In this document: positions 51,672 through 59,349 of the stretch, piece by piece | Layout of the letters: each line of letters starts with the position of its first letter | Position numbering within the stretch: position 1 is the first letter of the stretch | Assembly: GCA_030683105.1 (NCBI GenBank) | Contig: JAUXMZ010000037.1 | Coordinates: forward strand, 767 to 64,766 | Length of the DNA: 64,000 nt | DNA from: Burkholderiales bacterium | Lineage (GTDB): Bacteria; Pseudomonadota; Gammaproteobacteria; Burkholderiales; SG8-41 | Direction of reading: 5' to 3' | Program-made: the position numbers and the translations under genes | The notes under the pieces: generated by a model | Told to the model about the DNA's origin: nothing | What the model saw: only the letters and a program-made list of their open reading frames with translations | The model's database searches: none

Positions 51672-52184
51672 TTACGCGGCGGCTAACAGCCAGTCGCGGT
51701 CGACTTTCAGGCGGTTCATTTTGCCCAGCATCTCTAGCAGGACGATCACCCGCTCTTCGCCGGTTTCCTGGCTGAATACGCCTTCCAGGCCGGTGAACGG
51801 GCCGTCCACGAATTTCACCGTCGCGCCGGGCTGGAACACCGTGCGCTGCAAGTGCATCCCGGCGGCAGCGTCCTGCCGCGCCCGCAGTTCTTCAATCAAT
51901 GCATCCGGCACCACCGCCGGTTGCCCGCCGAACCTGACCAGGCCAGAGACGCCGAAAGTAGAGCGCACCGGGGCCAGGCTTTGCGTCTCATCCCGCGGCC
52001 TGAGAAACAGATACCTTGGAAACAGCGGCTCGATCCGTTCCACCCATTTGCCCAGGCGCCGGTGCCGGCCCATCAGGCGCGGCAGGTAGACCGCATAGCC
52101 CTGGTTCTCAAGATGAGTCACTGCAAGCTCTTCGCCGCGGGGCTTGCAGAATACGATATACCATTGATTATCATGGTTTTTCAA
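51672..52184 (-). CDS. rfaH: RfaH/NusG-paralogue transcription antiterminator
   Basis: 170 aa. ...WYIVFCKPRGEELAVTHLENQGYAVYLP...EPLFPRYLFL...VKFVDGPFTGLEGVFS (NGN + KOW). Confidence 0.8.
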   Translation of the reverse strand: MKNHDNQWYIVFCKPRGEELAVTHLENQGYAVYLPRLMGRHRRLGKWVERIEPLFPRYLFLRPRDETQSLAPVRSTFGVSGLVRFGGQPAVVPDALIEELRARQDAAAGMHLQRTVFQPGATVKFVDGPFTGLEGVFSQETGEERVIVLLEMLGKMNRLKVDRDWLLAAA

Positions 52185-52189
52185 TGTAA

Positions 52190-52504
52190 TCAGCCCTCCA
52201 CTTCCCGCTTCAGTTCTTCGATCTCGTGCTTCAGCGCATCGTATTCCGCCATCTTGCGCCGCAGAAAATTCACGGTAAGCGTTGCTTTTTGCTCGATGCC
52301 GCTCGGAGTAAGCAGATAGGCATAGCTGAGTTTGTCGCGGTTGTTGCGGAAATTGCGCGCCTTGATCCAGCCCTTTTCGATCAGCGCGGCGAGGCAGTAA
52401 TTGATTTTGCCCAAGCTGACGCCCAGCTCACGCGCCAGTTCCCGCTGGCTCAGGTTAGGCTGTACCTCGAGCAACTTGAGTAATCGGTAGTGCGATTCGT
52501 CCAT
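52190..52504 (-). CDS. MarR-family EPS-associated transcriptional regulator
   Basis: 104 aa. MDESHYRLLKLLEVQPNLSQRELARELGVSLGKINYCLAALIEKGWIKARNF...YLLTPSGIEQK.... Confidence 0.8.
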   Translation of the reverse strand: MDESHYRLLKLLEVQPNLSQRELARELGVSLGKINYCLAALIEKGWIKARNFRNNRDKLSYAYLLTPSGIEQKATLTVNFLRRKMAEYDALKHEIEELKREVEG

Positions 52505-52520
52505 AGCAGCAGGTCTTGCT

Positions 52521-52584
52521 AGTGATTGGTGATTGGTGATTGGTGATTAGTGTTAAGGGCAGTGATTGGTAACTAGTGATTAGA
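52521..52584. repeat. Heptamer tract plus K box
   Basis: AGTGATT GGTGATT GGTGATT GGTGATT AGTGTTAAGGGCAGTGATTGGTAACTAGTGATTAG. Confidence 0.9.
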
Positions 52585-52665
52585 ACTCATCTCAAAATCC
52601 CCTCTCCCCCCGTGCTCAGGGGGACCTCGGTGCCGCTCGACGGTAGAGGGCAGGGTGAGGGGGCA
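52581..52665. repeat. GC-rich hairpin repeat, right member of the inverted pair bracketing marR-rfaH
   Basis: GAACTCATCTCAAAATCCCCTCTCCCCCCGTGCTCAGGGGGACCTCGGTGCCGCTCGACGGTAGAGGGCAGGGTGAGGGGGCAG. It has the same 5' leader as the copy at 40701. Confidence 0.85.
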
Positions 52666-52832
52666 GTAGTGCGGGAATCCCTTCCCGCCGAGGTGTCGGC
52701 AAGGATTGCCGACCTACGCTATGGGGCAGCATCTCCAGCAACTCTCGTTTAGCGGCAAAATTACTGGCTTACCCTCTTGTACATGGCCTGTTCAATCGTT
52801 GAACGGTGATTCAAACAAATCCCAGGGAGAAT

Positions 52833-52871
52833 GTCAAATTAAATGGGCCCCGAGGACCGGGGGCATTTAAT
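52833..52871 (+). repeat. 38-bp GC-hairpin repeat, copy 1 (direct repeat flanking the phd-PIN module)
   Basis: GTCAAATTAAATGGGCCCCGAGGACCGGGGGCATTTAAT. Confidence 0.85.
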
Positions 52872-53017
52872 CAGTAATTGGTGATTAGTGATTGGCACCC
52901 TCCGGGTATTTGCTTTGCGGCATGATTGGTGTCAAAGGCCGTGGTTCGTACCCGTCAAGCGAGTGTTGAAAAGAAGGTATTGAAAGGAAGGTATTGTGAA
53001 GAATGGGTCGTGCGTGG
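52872..53017. repeat. Composite repeat island (heptamers, P box, stem-loop module)
   Basis: The P box lies at 52898-52924. GTACCCGTCAAGCGAGTGTTGAAAAGAAGGTATTGAAAGGAAGGTATTGTGAAGAATGGGTCGTGCGTGG ends at the PIN gene stop. Confidence 0.9.
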
Positions 53018-53449
53018 TTATCTAGCGGGGGCGATCACGTTGAATCCCTCCCGCTGCACTGCGGCCGTAAGCCGCTCATCCAGGCACACAAAATCAAGGG
53101 AGGAAGGCCGGTGGTCGCTCGCCAGGATCGCCGCAGCCAGTTGCAGCGAATCGGCAACGCGAAGATTATGCACGCGCAACAAGCGTATTGCTGTTTCCTT
53201 AAGCGCCTCGACCGGCTGCACCTCTTGCCATCCGGATGTCAGCGCCCGCAAACGCGTCAACGCCTCTGCAAGAGAATCCGGCGATATTGCGCCCTGCCGC
53301 TCAAGACGCGCCAATGCGGAAATGCATTCCACACCAGTACCCCACCAAGCGATTATCAATGGGTCTTCCCGGTACAAGTCAACGACGAAGGAAGTAGCCG
53401 GCTCCTCTGCCAGAAGCGGGACAATCGCGGAACTGTCCCAGAACTTCAC
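53018..53449 (-). CDS. vapC: PIN-domain toxin
   Basis: GTG at 53449 overlaps the antitoxin stop (GTGA). It reads VKFWDSSAIVPLLAEEPATS...VADSLQLAAAILAS...FVCLDERL.... Confidence 0.7.
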   Translation of the reverse strand: MKFWDSSAIVPLLAEEPATSFVVDLYREDPLIIAWWGTGVECISALARLERQGAISPDSLAEALTRLRALTSGWQEVQPVEALKETAIRLLRVHNLRVADSLQLAAAILASDHRPSSLDFVCLDERLTAAVQREGFNVIAPAR

Positions 53450-53745
53450 CGGCTTTCGTCGCGTTCGGAAAACAGTGCCTGAAGGATACTCGCCCCCTCC
53501 TTGACCTTGGGCGGGCGCTTCTCCCAAAGCAGGTTCGAGGGTTTGCTGCTCGCGCGCCGAATGATCCCGTTGCGCTCAAGGTGCGCCAGGCATCCTTTGA
53601 GATCAGCTTGATCGTCATTGCCGACAGGCTCCAGCCGCGCCACTGGACGATCCCGATCCGTGATAAGTATGGTTTCACCGTGACGCACTTTATCAAGCAG
53701 TGCGCTCAATTGGTTTTTTGTTTCGGTTATTGAGGCTATTTTCAT
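53446..53745 (-). CDS. phd: Phd/YefM-type antitoxin
   Basis: 99 aa. MKIASITETKNQLSALLDKVRHGETILITDRDRPVARLEPV.... Confidence 0.75.
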   Translation of the reverse strand: MKIASITETKNQLSALLDKVRHGETILITDRDRPVARLEPVGNDDQADLKGCLAHLERNGIIRRASSKPSNLLWEKRPPKVKEGASILQALFSERDESR

Positions 53746-53775
53746 AAAGCTATAATAGCCTTTTGCTGAAAGGCC

Positions 53776-53813
53776 GTCAAATTAAATGGCCCCGAGAGCC
53801 GGGGGCATTTAAT
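53776..53813 (+). repeat. 38-bp GC-hairpin repeat, copy 2
   Basis: GTCAAATTAAATGGCCCCGAGAGCCGGGGGCATTTAAT, in the same orientation as copy 1. Confidence 0.85.
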
Positions 53814-53814
53814 T

Positions 53815-54031
53815 CGTGGGGCGTGGCTTAAAACCAGTGATTAGTGACTCAAGAACAGTGATTGGTGAATCAACAACCGTGATTGGTGATTAGTGATTGG
53901 TGATTGGCGAATCGTGGCTTAAAACCAGTGACAGTTACTGGTGATTAGTGATTGGTGAATCAAACCCAGTGCCTGGTAATTTGGTTTAAACGACCAACCA
54001 CTAATCACTAATCACTAATTACCAATCACGG
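53815..54031. repeat. Long heptamer/K-box-variant island ending in a reverse-oriented tract
   Basis: GGCTTAAAACCAGTGATTAG occurs twice. GTGATTG/GTGATTA units follow, then CCACTAATCACTAATCACTAATTACCAATCACGG abuts the export-protein stop. Confidence 0.9.
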
Positions 54032-54033
54032 AA

Positions 54034-56790
54034 TCAAAATCCTTTCAGGACTTTGATCCCCGCCACGCCCAGCGCGAACTGGTAGAAGATCTGCGACCAG
54101 TCTTTCAATTCTTTGGTGAGACGGAATTTCTCGAGCCGCACCGGCACCACAACCGTGTCGCCCGGCATCAGGCGTTCGCCCTGGAAGCTGCCGCCAAAGA
54201 ACCAGCCGCCCGATTGGCGGCGGCTGATGACCGAGCCATCGGCCCGGATCACGTACAGGCTGTCGGTTTCCGCATCGACAGTAGGCCCGCCAGCCTGGGC
54301 CAGATAATCCGAGACCCGCTTGTCGGGCTGGAAAATGAACGCGTTTTCGTTGTACACCTCGCCGATGACGTTGACGATGGACGGCCGCGAGGGCACGACG
54401 AAACGGTCGCCGTCTTCCAGGGCGAGGTCAGGCAAGGCGCCGGGATGGGTCGCCTCCGGGCCGGGCAGTTCGAGCACGATGCGCCCGGTCGCACGCACCT
54501 GGCGCAGCCGGGCGATCAGTGCCTGCTGCGCGGCCGTATCTGCCTTCACAGCCGATGTGTCTGCGTCCGAAATTACGTTTTGACTCCCGGTAATGGCAAT
54601 GCGTTGCATCTCACGTTCCAGGCGACTGACGGCTTCTTCGAGTTTCTTTTGCTGGAAGGCGCGGGTCGATTCGCGTGTGAACTCCGCCCCGAACAGGTAG
54701 GCATTCGGGGTGAGGCCGCCTATCCGCGTGATCAATTGACGCAACGTCTCGCCGGGCAGCGCCTGATACATACCCGCATGGTTGAATTCACCCTCTGTCC
54801 GGATGTAAACCCTTTGCTTGGCCAGCGGGACCTGGATCTCGCTCTTGGAAAAAATCGTGATTTCATCGCCCGCGCTGAGCAACAGGTTGTTCTGCGCGTC
54901 ACCCTCGATGACAGCTTTGCCCAGGTTGAACGGCACCAGCGTCCGGGTAAGATCGATGGGTTGCAGCCGCACCAGGTTGGCATAGTCCCAGGTGATTTCG
55001 TTATTGCCTGTCACGGCGCCGGTGTGCAGCCAGTAACTGTAGTAGTCGATCAGCCATTGCGCGCTGGGAATGACATCGCGCACGCGCATGCCTTCGCGCC
55101 AGGCAAAGCGCCGCGGGTTGCCGCCGATGACGCTGCCGCGCAGCAGCACGTCGTTCTCGGTTTTCGGCAGCGCATCCTCGAAGGAATAGATGGTGACCAC
55201 ATCGCCCTGTTCGAGCATGACGTTCTCGCGCGCGTCGCCGCGGATGGCCTTGCCCAGGTTGAAGGCATACATGCGCGTCACGAGATCCTTGCGGTCAAGG
55301 CGCTGAATCGTGGCGTAGTCGAAGTTCACTTCACGCCGGTTGTAGTTGGCGTACAACCCGCCGCTATTCTGCCGCTGCCAATAGGCGGTGGTGATGAGGG
55401 CGTTCTGATCGACGAGAAGATCGGTGACGCGCATGCCCTGGCGCCACGGGTAGCGCGCCGCCGCCGCGACATTGCCCTGCAGGCGCACGGCATTGTCGAA
55501 GCGCGGCGTGATCGAGGCGACAGTAATCACGTCGCCGTCCTGCAGTTTCCGCGCGAGGCCGGCCTGGTCCAGTGCGAACTCGTCCACCCTGCGCACGGTG
55601 CGATCCACGATGCGTTCGACGATGGCTTTCTGGCCCTGCGCCGTGGTGGTGAAGCCGCCGGCGAGCTTGATGAGCTCCGCGAAGGTGGTCGTGTCCTTGA
55701 GCTCGAAGATCGCCTGCGTGTTCACGCTGCCCGAGAGCGCGGCGAGTTGGCCGACGGGGGGTATGTAGATCACATCGCCGGGCAGGAGCCGGGCGTCTTT
55801 GGATTTGTCGCCGTTTACCAGCAGGTCGTACATGTCGAATTCCGCGACAATCTGGGTGCCGCGCTTGAGCTGGATGCGGCGCATGGAGCCCTTGGCCGAT
55901 GGGCCGCCGGAGGCAAACAGCGCATTGACCAGGGTCGAGAGCGAACTCACCGTGTACACGCCGGGGCGGGCAGCTTGACCGACGACGAACACCTGGATCG
56001 AGCGCAGTTCACCCATCGTGACATTGAGTTCGAAGTTGCGGAAGTTCCGGCCGATCGCCGTCTTCAGAAATCCGTGCAAGTCCTGGAACCGCAAGCCCGC
56101 TACAGACAGCGTGCCCACTTTCGGGATATTGATCTGCCCATTGCGATCAACGACGGCGGTGTACTGGACATCGATCTGGCCCCAGGCCTGAATGACGATG
56201 CTGTCGCCGGGCCCGATCACATAGTCTGATGTGACGGGAATACGGTCCACCGGCGCGAACGTACTCGGCGCGCCCTGGAACAGGTTGTAGCCGAACAGGG
56301 GGAGCACGAGGCCGGTCGATTGGGCAACGAAGTCCTGGAACTGGTTGCGCTCATTGATGTCGACGAACCCCGGGGCTTGGGGCTGGGCCTGTATTTGCGG
56401 CTGGGTTTGCGTATCAGGCTGCGCGGCGGCAGCGGCAGGTATGGCAGTGGGCGCGGACACGCCCGGGACGGTCGCTCCGGGGGCAGTCGCTCTGGGAGCG
56501 GTCGCTCCGGGGGCAGTCGATGCCGCGCCGGGCCGGGAGGCGGCTGGCGCCTGTGCAGGAGAAACCGGAGTTCCCGGGATAGACGCACCGGAGGCAGGAC
56601 GACCCGCCGGGGTGGCGGCTGGTTGATTGGTAATGACAGGGGTTTGAACAGGGGCGGCGGGGGCCGGGGCTGCCGATGAGGCGGGAGCGGCGGATGAGCC
56701 CGCGCCGGTGCCGCCTCCGAGGTCTTGCGCCTGCGCCAGCGCGGGCAGGAACAGCAAAACGAACAGTAGTCGATGCAATCCTGAGGTCAT
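54034..56790 (-). CDS. Polysaccharide export protein (Wza-like, multiple SLBB domains) with Ala/Pro-rich N-terminal region
   Basis: 918 aa. It has the signal peptide MTSGLHRLLFVLLFLPALAQA, ~130 aa of low-complexity A/P/T/Q sequence, and then repeated ...GDVIxI...V.V.GEV..PG-type SLBB units. The long plus-strand ORFs here are antisense shadows. Confidence 0.8.
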   Translation of the reverse strand: MTSGLHRLLFVLLFLPALAQAQDLGGGTGAGSSAAPASSAAPAPAAPVQTPVITNQPAATPAGRPASGASIPGTPVSPAQAPAASRPGAASTAPGATAPRATAPGATVPGVSAPTAIPAAAAAQPDTQTQPQIQAQPQAPGFVDINERNQFQDFVAQSTGLVLPLFGYNLFQGAPSTFAPVDRIPVTSDYVIGPGDSIVIQAWGQIDVQYTAVVDRNGQINIPKVGTLSVAGLRFQDLHGFLKTAIGRNFRNFELNVTMGELRSIQVFVVGQAARPGVYTVSSLSTLVNALFASGGPSAKGSMRRIQLKRGTQIVAEFDMYDLLVNGDKSKDARLLPGDVIYIPPVGQLAALSGSVNTQAIFELKDTTTFAELIKLAGGFTTTAQGQKAIVERIVDRTVRRVDEFALDQAGLARKLQDGDVITVASITPRFDNAVRLQGNVAAAARYPWRQGMRVTDLLVDQNALITTAYWQRQNSGGLYANYNRREVNFDYATIQRLDRKDLVTRMYAFNLGKAIRGDARENVMLEQGDVVTIYSFEDALPKTENDVLLRGSVIGGNPRRFAWREGMRVRDVIPSAQWLIDYYSYWLHTGAVTGNNEITWDYANLVRLQPIDLTRTLVPFNLGKAVIEGDAQNNLLLSAGDEITIFSKSEIQVPLAKQRVYIRTEGEFNHAGMYQALPGETLRQLITRIGGLTPNAYLFGAEFTRESTRAFQQKKLEEAVSRLEREMQRIAITGSQNVISDADTSAVKADTAAQQALIARLRQVRATGRIVLELPGPEATHPGALPDLALEDGDRFVVPSRPSIVNVIGEVYNENAFIFQPDKRVSDYLAQAGGPTVDAETDSLYVIRADGSVISRRQSGGWFFGGSFQGERLMPGDTVVVPVRLEKFRLTKELKDWSQIFYQFALGVAGIKVLKGF

Positions 56791-56837
56791 GCAGAATTAT
56801 CCGGAAACGTTACAAGAAGGAAAAGATTTTTCAGTGC

Positions 56838-57179
56838 CTAGGGCCTGTTAACAATTACCGCGTGAGATGCGTTGTGGCCAAAATTGTCGATGGCAAGACG
56901 CTAGTCGCAGCCAATATCGCGAATATTGGCAAGACGAGCAACGAAGCAAGCGGCGATTTTGGCCACAACCCGGAGGGACGGGACGCTGAGCAACGGCTTT
57001 GCCGTTGCGCGTCCCATAATGGGCCAGAATACGGACCGCGAGCGCGTAGCGCCCGCTCGGGGCCCATGGCGTTGTCGCACCTTCGCTTATTTGCCATGGG
57101 GCAAACCGCGCTCGGCGCTCCTAGCCCTGAGCCCAAATCGCCTCCGTCGCACTCATGTGGTAATTGTTAACAGGCCCTA
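56838..57179. mobile_element. MITE-like element related to the one at 43187..43724, 47 bp upstream of the export-protein start
   Basis: The 22-bp perfect inverted termini are CTAGGGCCTGTTAACAATTACC (56837-56858) and GGTAATTGTTAACAGGCCCTAG (57159-57180). If TA is a target duplication within CTAG, the element proper is 56840-57177. Its interior is homologous to the first MITE (GCGTTG..CAAAATTG...ATATCGCGAATAT...CGATTT(T/G)GGCTCAGG). Confidence 0.75.
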
Positions 57180-57364
57180 GAAACCGAGAGAAGTATAGCT
57201 TTTTCCCTTTTGGGCGTCTATTGGGCATCACGCCAAAACGGCCCATATGGTTCCCATGTCGCAGTGTGATCGCGGGTGTCATGGCACGCGTTGCGGTGGC
57301 GTTGTCCAGCACAGCGCAGGTCATGTTGGCGCTTGAACGTCATGCATGGAGCTTTGGACAACGC

Positions 57365-57555
57365 AAAGCAATTCTTATTCCCTCTCCCCCAACCCCTCTG
57401 ATGAAGCCCCTACGCTTCGGTATCCCACACGTGGGAGGGGAGCTATCTTATTTATTACAACGCGTGGGAGAGGGGAGCTATCTTATTCCCAGCCAGCCTT
57501 TACTCCCCTCTCCCGCTTGCGGGAGAGGGGCCGGGGGAGAGGGTGCAGCGTATCT
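57365..57555. repeat. GC-rich CCCCTCTCCC/GGGAGAGGGG hairpin repeats flanking the DUF559 gene (left)
   Basis: ...CCCTCTCCCCCAACCCCTCT...CGTGGGAGGGGAGCTATCTTA...CCCCTCTCCCGCTTGCGGGAGAGGGGCCGGGGGAGAGGGT.... The last unit encodes the DUF559 C-terminal tail SPGPSPASGRGE. Confidence 0.8.
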
Positions 57556-57856
57556 GTTCCAATACCCCTTCCAACTGCTGCATGACGTCGTTATTCCAGA
57601 AACGCAGCACCGTATAGCCTTGGCTGCGCAACCACGCATCCCGGTGCCGATCATAGGCCACCTGTTCGGCATGTTGGCCGCCGTCGAGCTCGATAATCAG
57701 CCGGCGCTCCAGACAAACAAAATCCGCAATGTAGCGGCCCACTGGCTTCTGCCGCTTGAATTTCAAACCCATGAAACGATGCGCACGCAGGTGATACCAC
57801 AGCCGTTGCTCGGCTTCGGTCTGGTTACTCCGCAAGACTTTCGCTTTCTCCAGCAT
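57500..57856 (-). CDS. DUF559 endonuclease-domain protein
   Basis: 118 aa. ...LRSNQTEAEQRLWYHLRAHRFMGLKFKRQKPVGRYIADFVCLERRLIIELDGGQHAEQVAYDRHRDAWLRSQGYTVLRFWNNDV.... Confidence 0.85.
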   Translation of the reverse strand: MLEKAKVLRSNQTEAEQRLWYHLRAHRFMGLKFKRQKPVGRYIADFVCLERRLIIELDGGQHAEQVAYDRHRDAWLRSQGYTVLRFWNNDVMQQLEGVLEQIRCTLSPGPSPASGRGE

Positions 57857-57864
57857 TCACGCGG

Positions 57865-58015
57865 CCCTCGATTCCCTCTCCCCCAACCCCTCTCCCACAC
57901 GCGTGGGAGAGGGGAGCTATCTCACTTATTCTCACGCGCTTGGAAGAGGGGAGTCCTTGCTTCTTTCCGCCCTCCCCCATCTCCACCCTGCCCTCCCCTT
58001 TGAAGAGGGGGGTTT
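57865..58015. repeat. GC-rich hairpin repeats flanking the DUF559 gene (right)
   Basis: GATTCCCTCTCCCCCAACCCCTCTCCCACACGCGTGGGAGAGGGGAGCTATCTCA...CCCTCCCCTTTGAAGAGGGGGG. Confidence 0.8.
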
Positions 58016-58194
58016 GCAATTCAAGTCAACTCATGAGTGATTCCAGCGCGGCGAGGTGCGCCAGCCCGGTGTCGACGCCGGCCACAGCATTCACCCGGCC
58101 CTCGGCTCCCTCTCCCGGCACCTTGCACTGCACGCCCACCAGCATCAGCTAGCCTGCGCACGGTATTCGCGCCGCTCAACAGTTGTTCCCAGAC

Positions 58195-59349
58195 TCAGCG
58201 CTCGCCCAGGGACTCGTTGATGGTCTTGGTGATCGGCTTGGTGAGATAGCGCCATACTGTATTGCTGCCGGTCAGGATCTCCACCGTGGCGGTCATGCCC
58301 GGCTGGATGTCGATGCGCTGGTTGCGCCGGCTGACCAGACTGTGCGCGCCCGTCTTGATCTGCACCCGGTAGTAGGGCTGGTCGTTGCCGCGCACCTCTT
58401 CGTTCAGGGTGTCGGCGCTGATGTAGATCACCTCGCCCATGAGCGTGCCGTAGATGGTGTAGTCGTAGGCATCGAGTTTGACGGTCGCGGGCAGGCCGGG
58501 TCTGACGAAGGCGATATCTGCGGGCTTGACCTTGACCTCGATGATCATGTCGTCGTTCAGCGGCACGATCTGCATGATCTCCTCACCCGGTTTGGCCACG
58601 CCGCCCAGTGTCGTCAGGCGCACGTTGCGCACCACCCCGTCCATGGGTGAGCGGATCTCGGTGTAGTCGAGTTGCTCCTTGCGCTGGGCGAGGACTTGCA
58701 GGACGCTGGCGAGATCTTCCTGGGCCTTGGCCAGATCGGTCTGGATGTCCTGCAGGTACTTGTTGCGCCGGTTGGTGATCTGGCCCTGGATGTCCGCGGC
58801 CTGGCGCTGGAGTTTGAGTATTTCGGCCCGGCTCACATCGCCGGTCTTGACCAGAGGCAGGTTCATCTCGAGTTCCGCGTTGATCAGCGTCCGGGACTGC
58901 TCCAGCGCGCTGATTTCCTCGCGCACGGCGGCCTGCCGCTTGTTGAACAGCGCCAACTGGGTAGTGCGAAACTCCGGGTATTTGGCCAGCTCCGGCGGAA
59001 ACCTGGGTTCGCCGCCGAATATCTCGGCATTCAGCCGGGCGACGGCAGCCCTGAGCGCCGCCGCTTTGGAGGCGCTTTCCAGGTAACCGGCTTCGGACCG
59101 GGTCTTGTCAAAGCGCGCCAGGAGTTCCCCGCGCTTGACCTGAGCGCCTTCACGCACCGGCAGCGCAGCCAGCACGCCGCCATCCGGCGCCTGGATGACC
59201 TGGTTGCGCGAGCTGGCAATGACCTGGCCGCTGGCGCGCGTGATCTGGTCCAGTTTCGCCCAGTTGGCCCAAATCAGGAATCCGACGATGGCCAGGGCGG
59301 ACCCCCAGATTAACATCCGGCCTGATCCCGCTGTCTGATAGGTCGTCAT
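58195..59349 (-). CDS. HlyD-family type I secretion periplasmic adaptor
   Basis: 384 aa with an N-terminal TM, a long coiled coil (...LQRQAADIQGQITNRRNKYLQDIQTDLAKAQEDL...) and the C-terminal ...TAHSLVSRRNQRIDIQPGMTATVEILTG... pattern. Confidence 0.85.
   Translation of the reverse strand: MTTYQTAGSGRMLIWGSALAIVGFLIWANWAKLDQITRASGQVIASSRNQVIQAPDGGVLAALPVREGAQVKRGELLARFDKTRSEAGYLESASKAAALRAAVARLNAEIFGGEPRFPPELAKYPEFRTTQLALFNKRQAAVREEISALEQSRTLINAELEMNLPLVKTGDVSRAEILKLQRQAADIQGQITNRRNKYLQDIQTDLAKAQEDLASVLQVLAQRKEQLDYTEIRSPMDGVVRNVRLTTLGGVAKPGEEIMQIVPLNDDMIIEVKVKPADIAFVRPGLPATVKLDAYDYTIYGTLMGEVIYISADTLNEEVRGNDQPYYRVQIKTGAHSLVSRRNQRIDIQPGMTATVEILTGSNTVWRYLTKPITKTINESLGER

Noticed and set aside
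38730-54031. Chromosomal integron cassette array (the TA cassettes are separated by repeats and all on one strand)
   Set aside because: No intI-type integrase or attI is in the window. The separators are variable mosaics of heptamers and boxes, not single imperfect palindromes with RYYYAAC...GTTRRRY core sites. The resemblance is kept only as an analogy.
54214-56229. 671-aa plus-strand ORF, with similar long ORFs at 59484..60455, 60525..61370, 61588..62940, 22078..23145, 41763..42812 and 35658..36347
   Set aside because: These are antisense shadow ORFs inside GC-rich minus-strand genes with clear family motifs. Their translations are Arg/Gly/Ala/His-rich low-complexity sequence without recognisable domains.
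58010-58194. Possible C-terminal gene fragment on the minus strand (...LMLVGVQCKVPGEGAEGRVNAVAGVDTGLAHLAALESLMS*)
   Set aside because: The open frame is short and has no start. I cannot assign it to a family without a search, so it is left unannotated.
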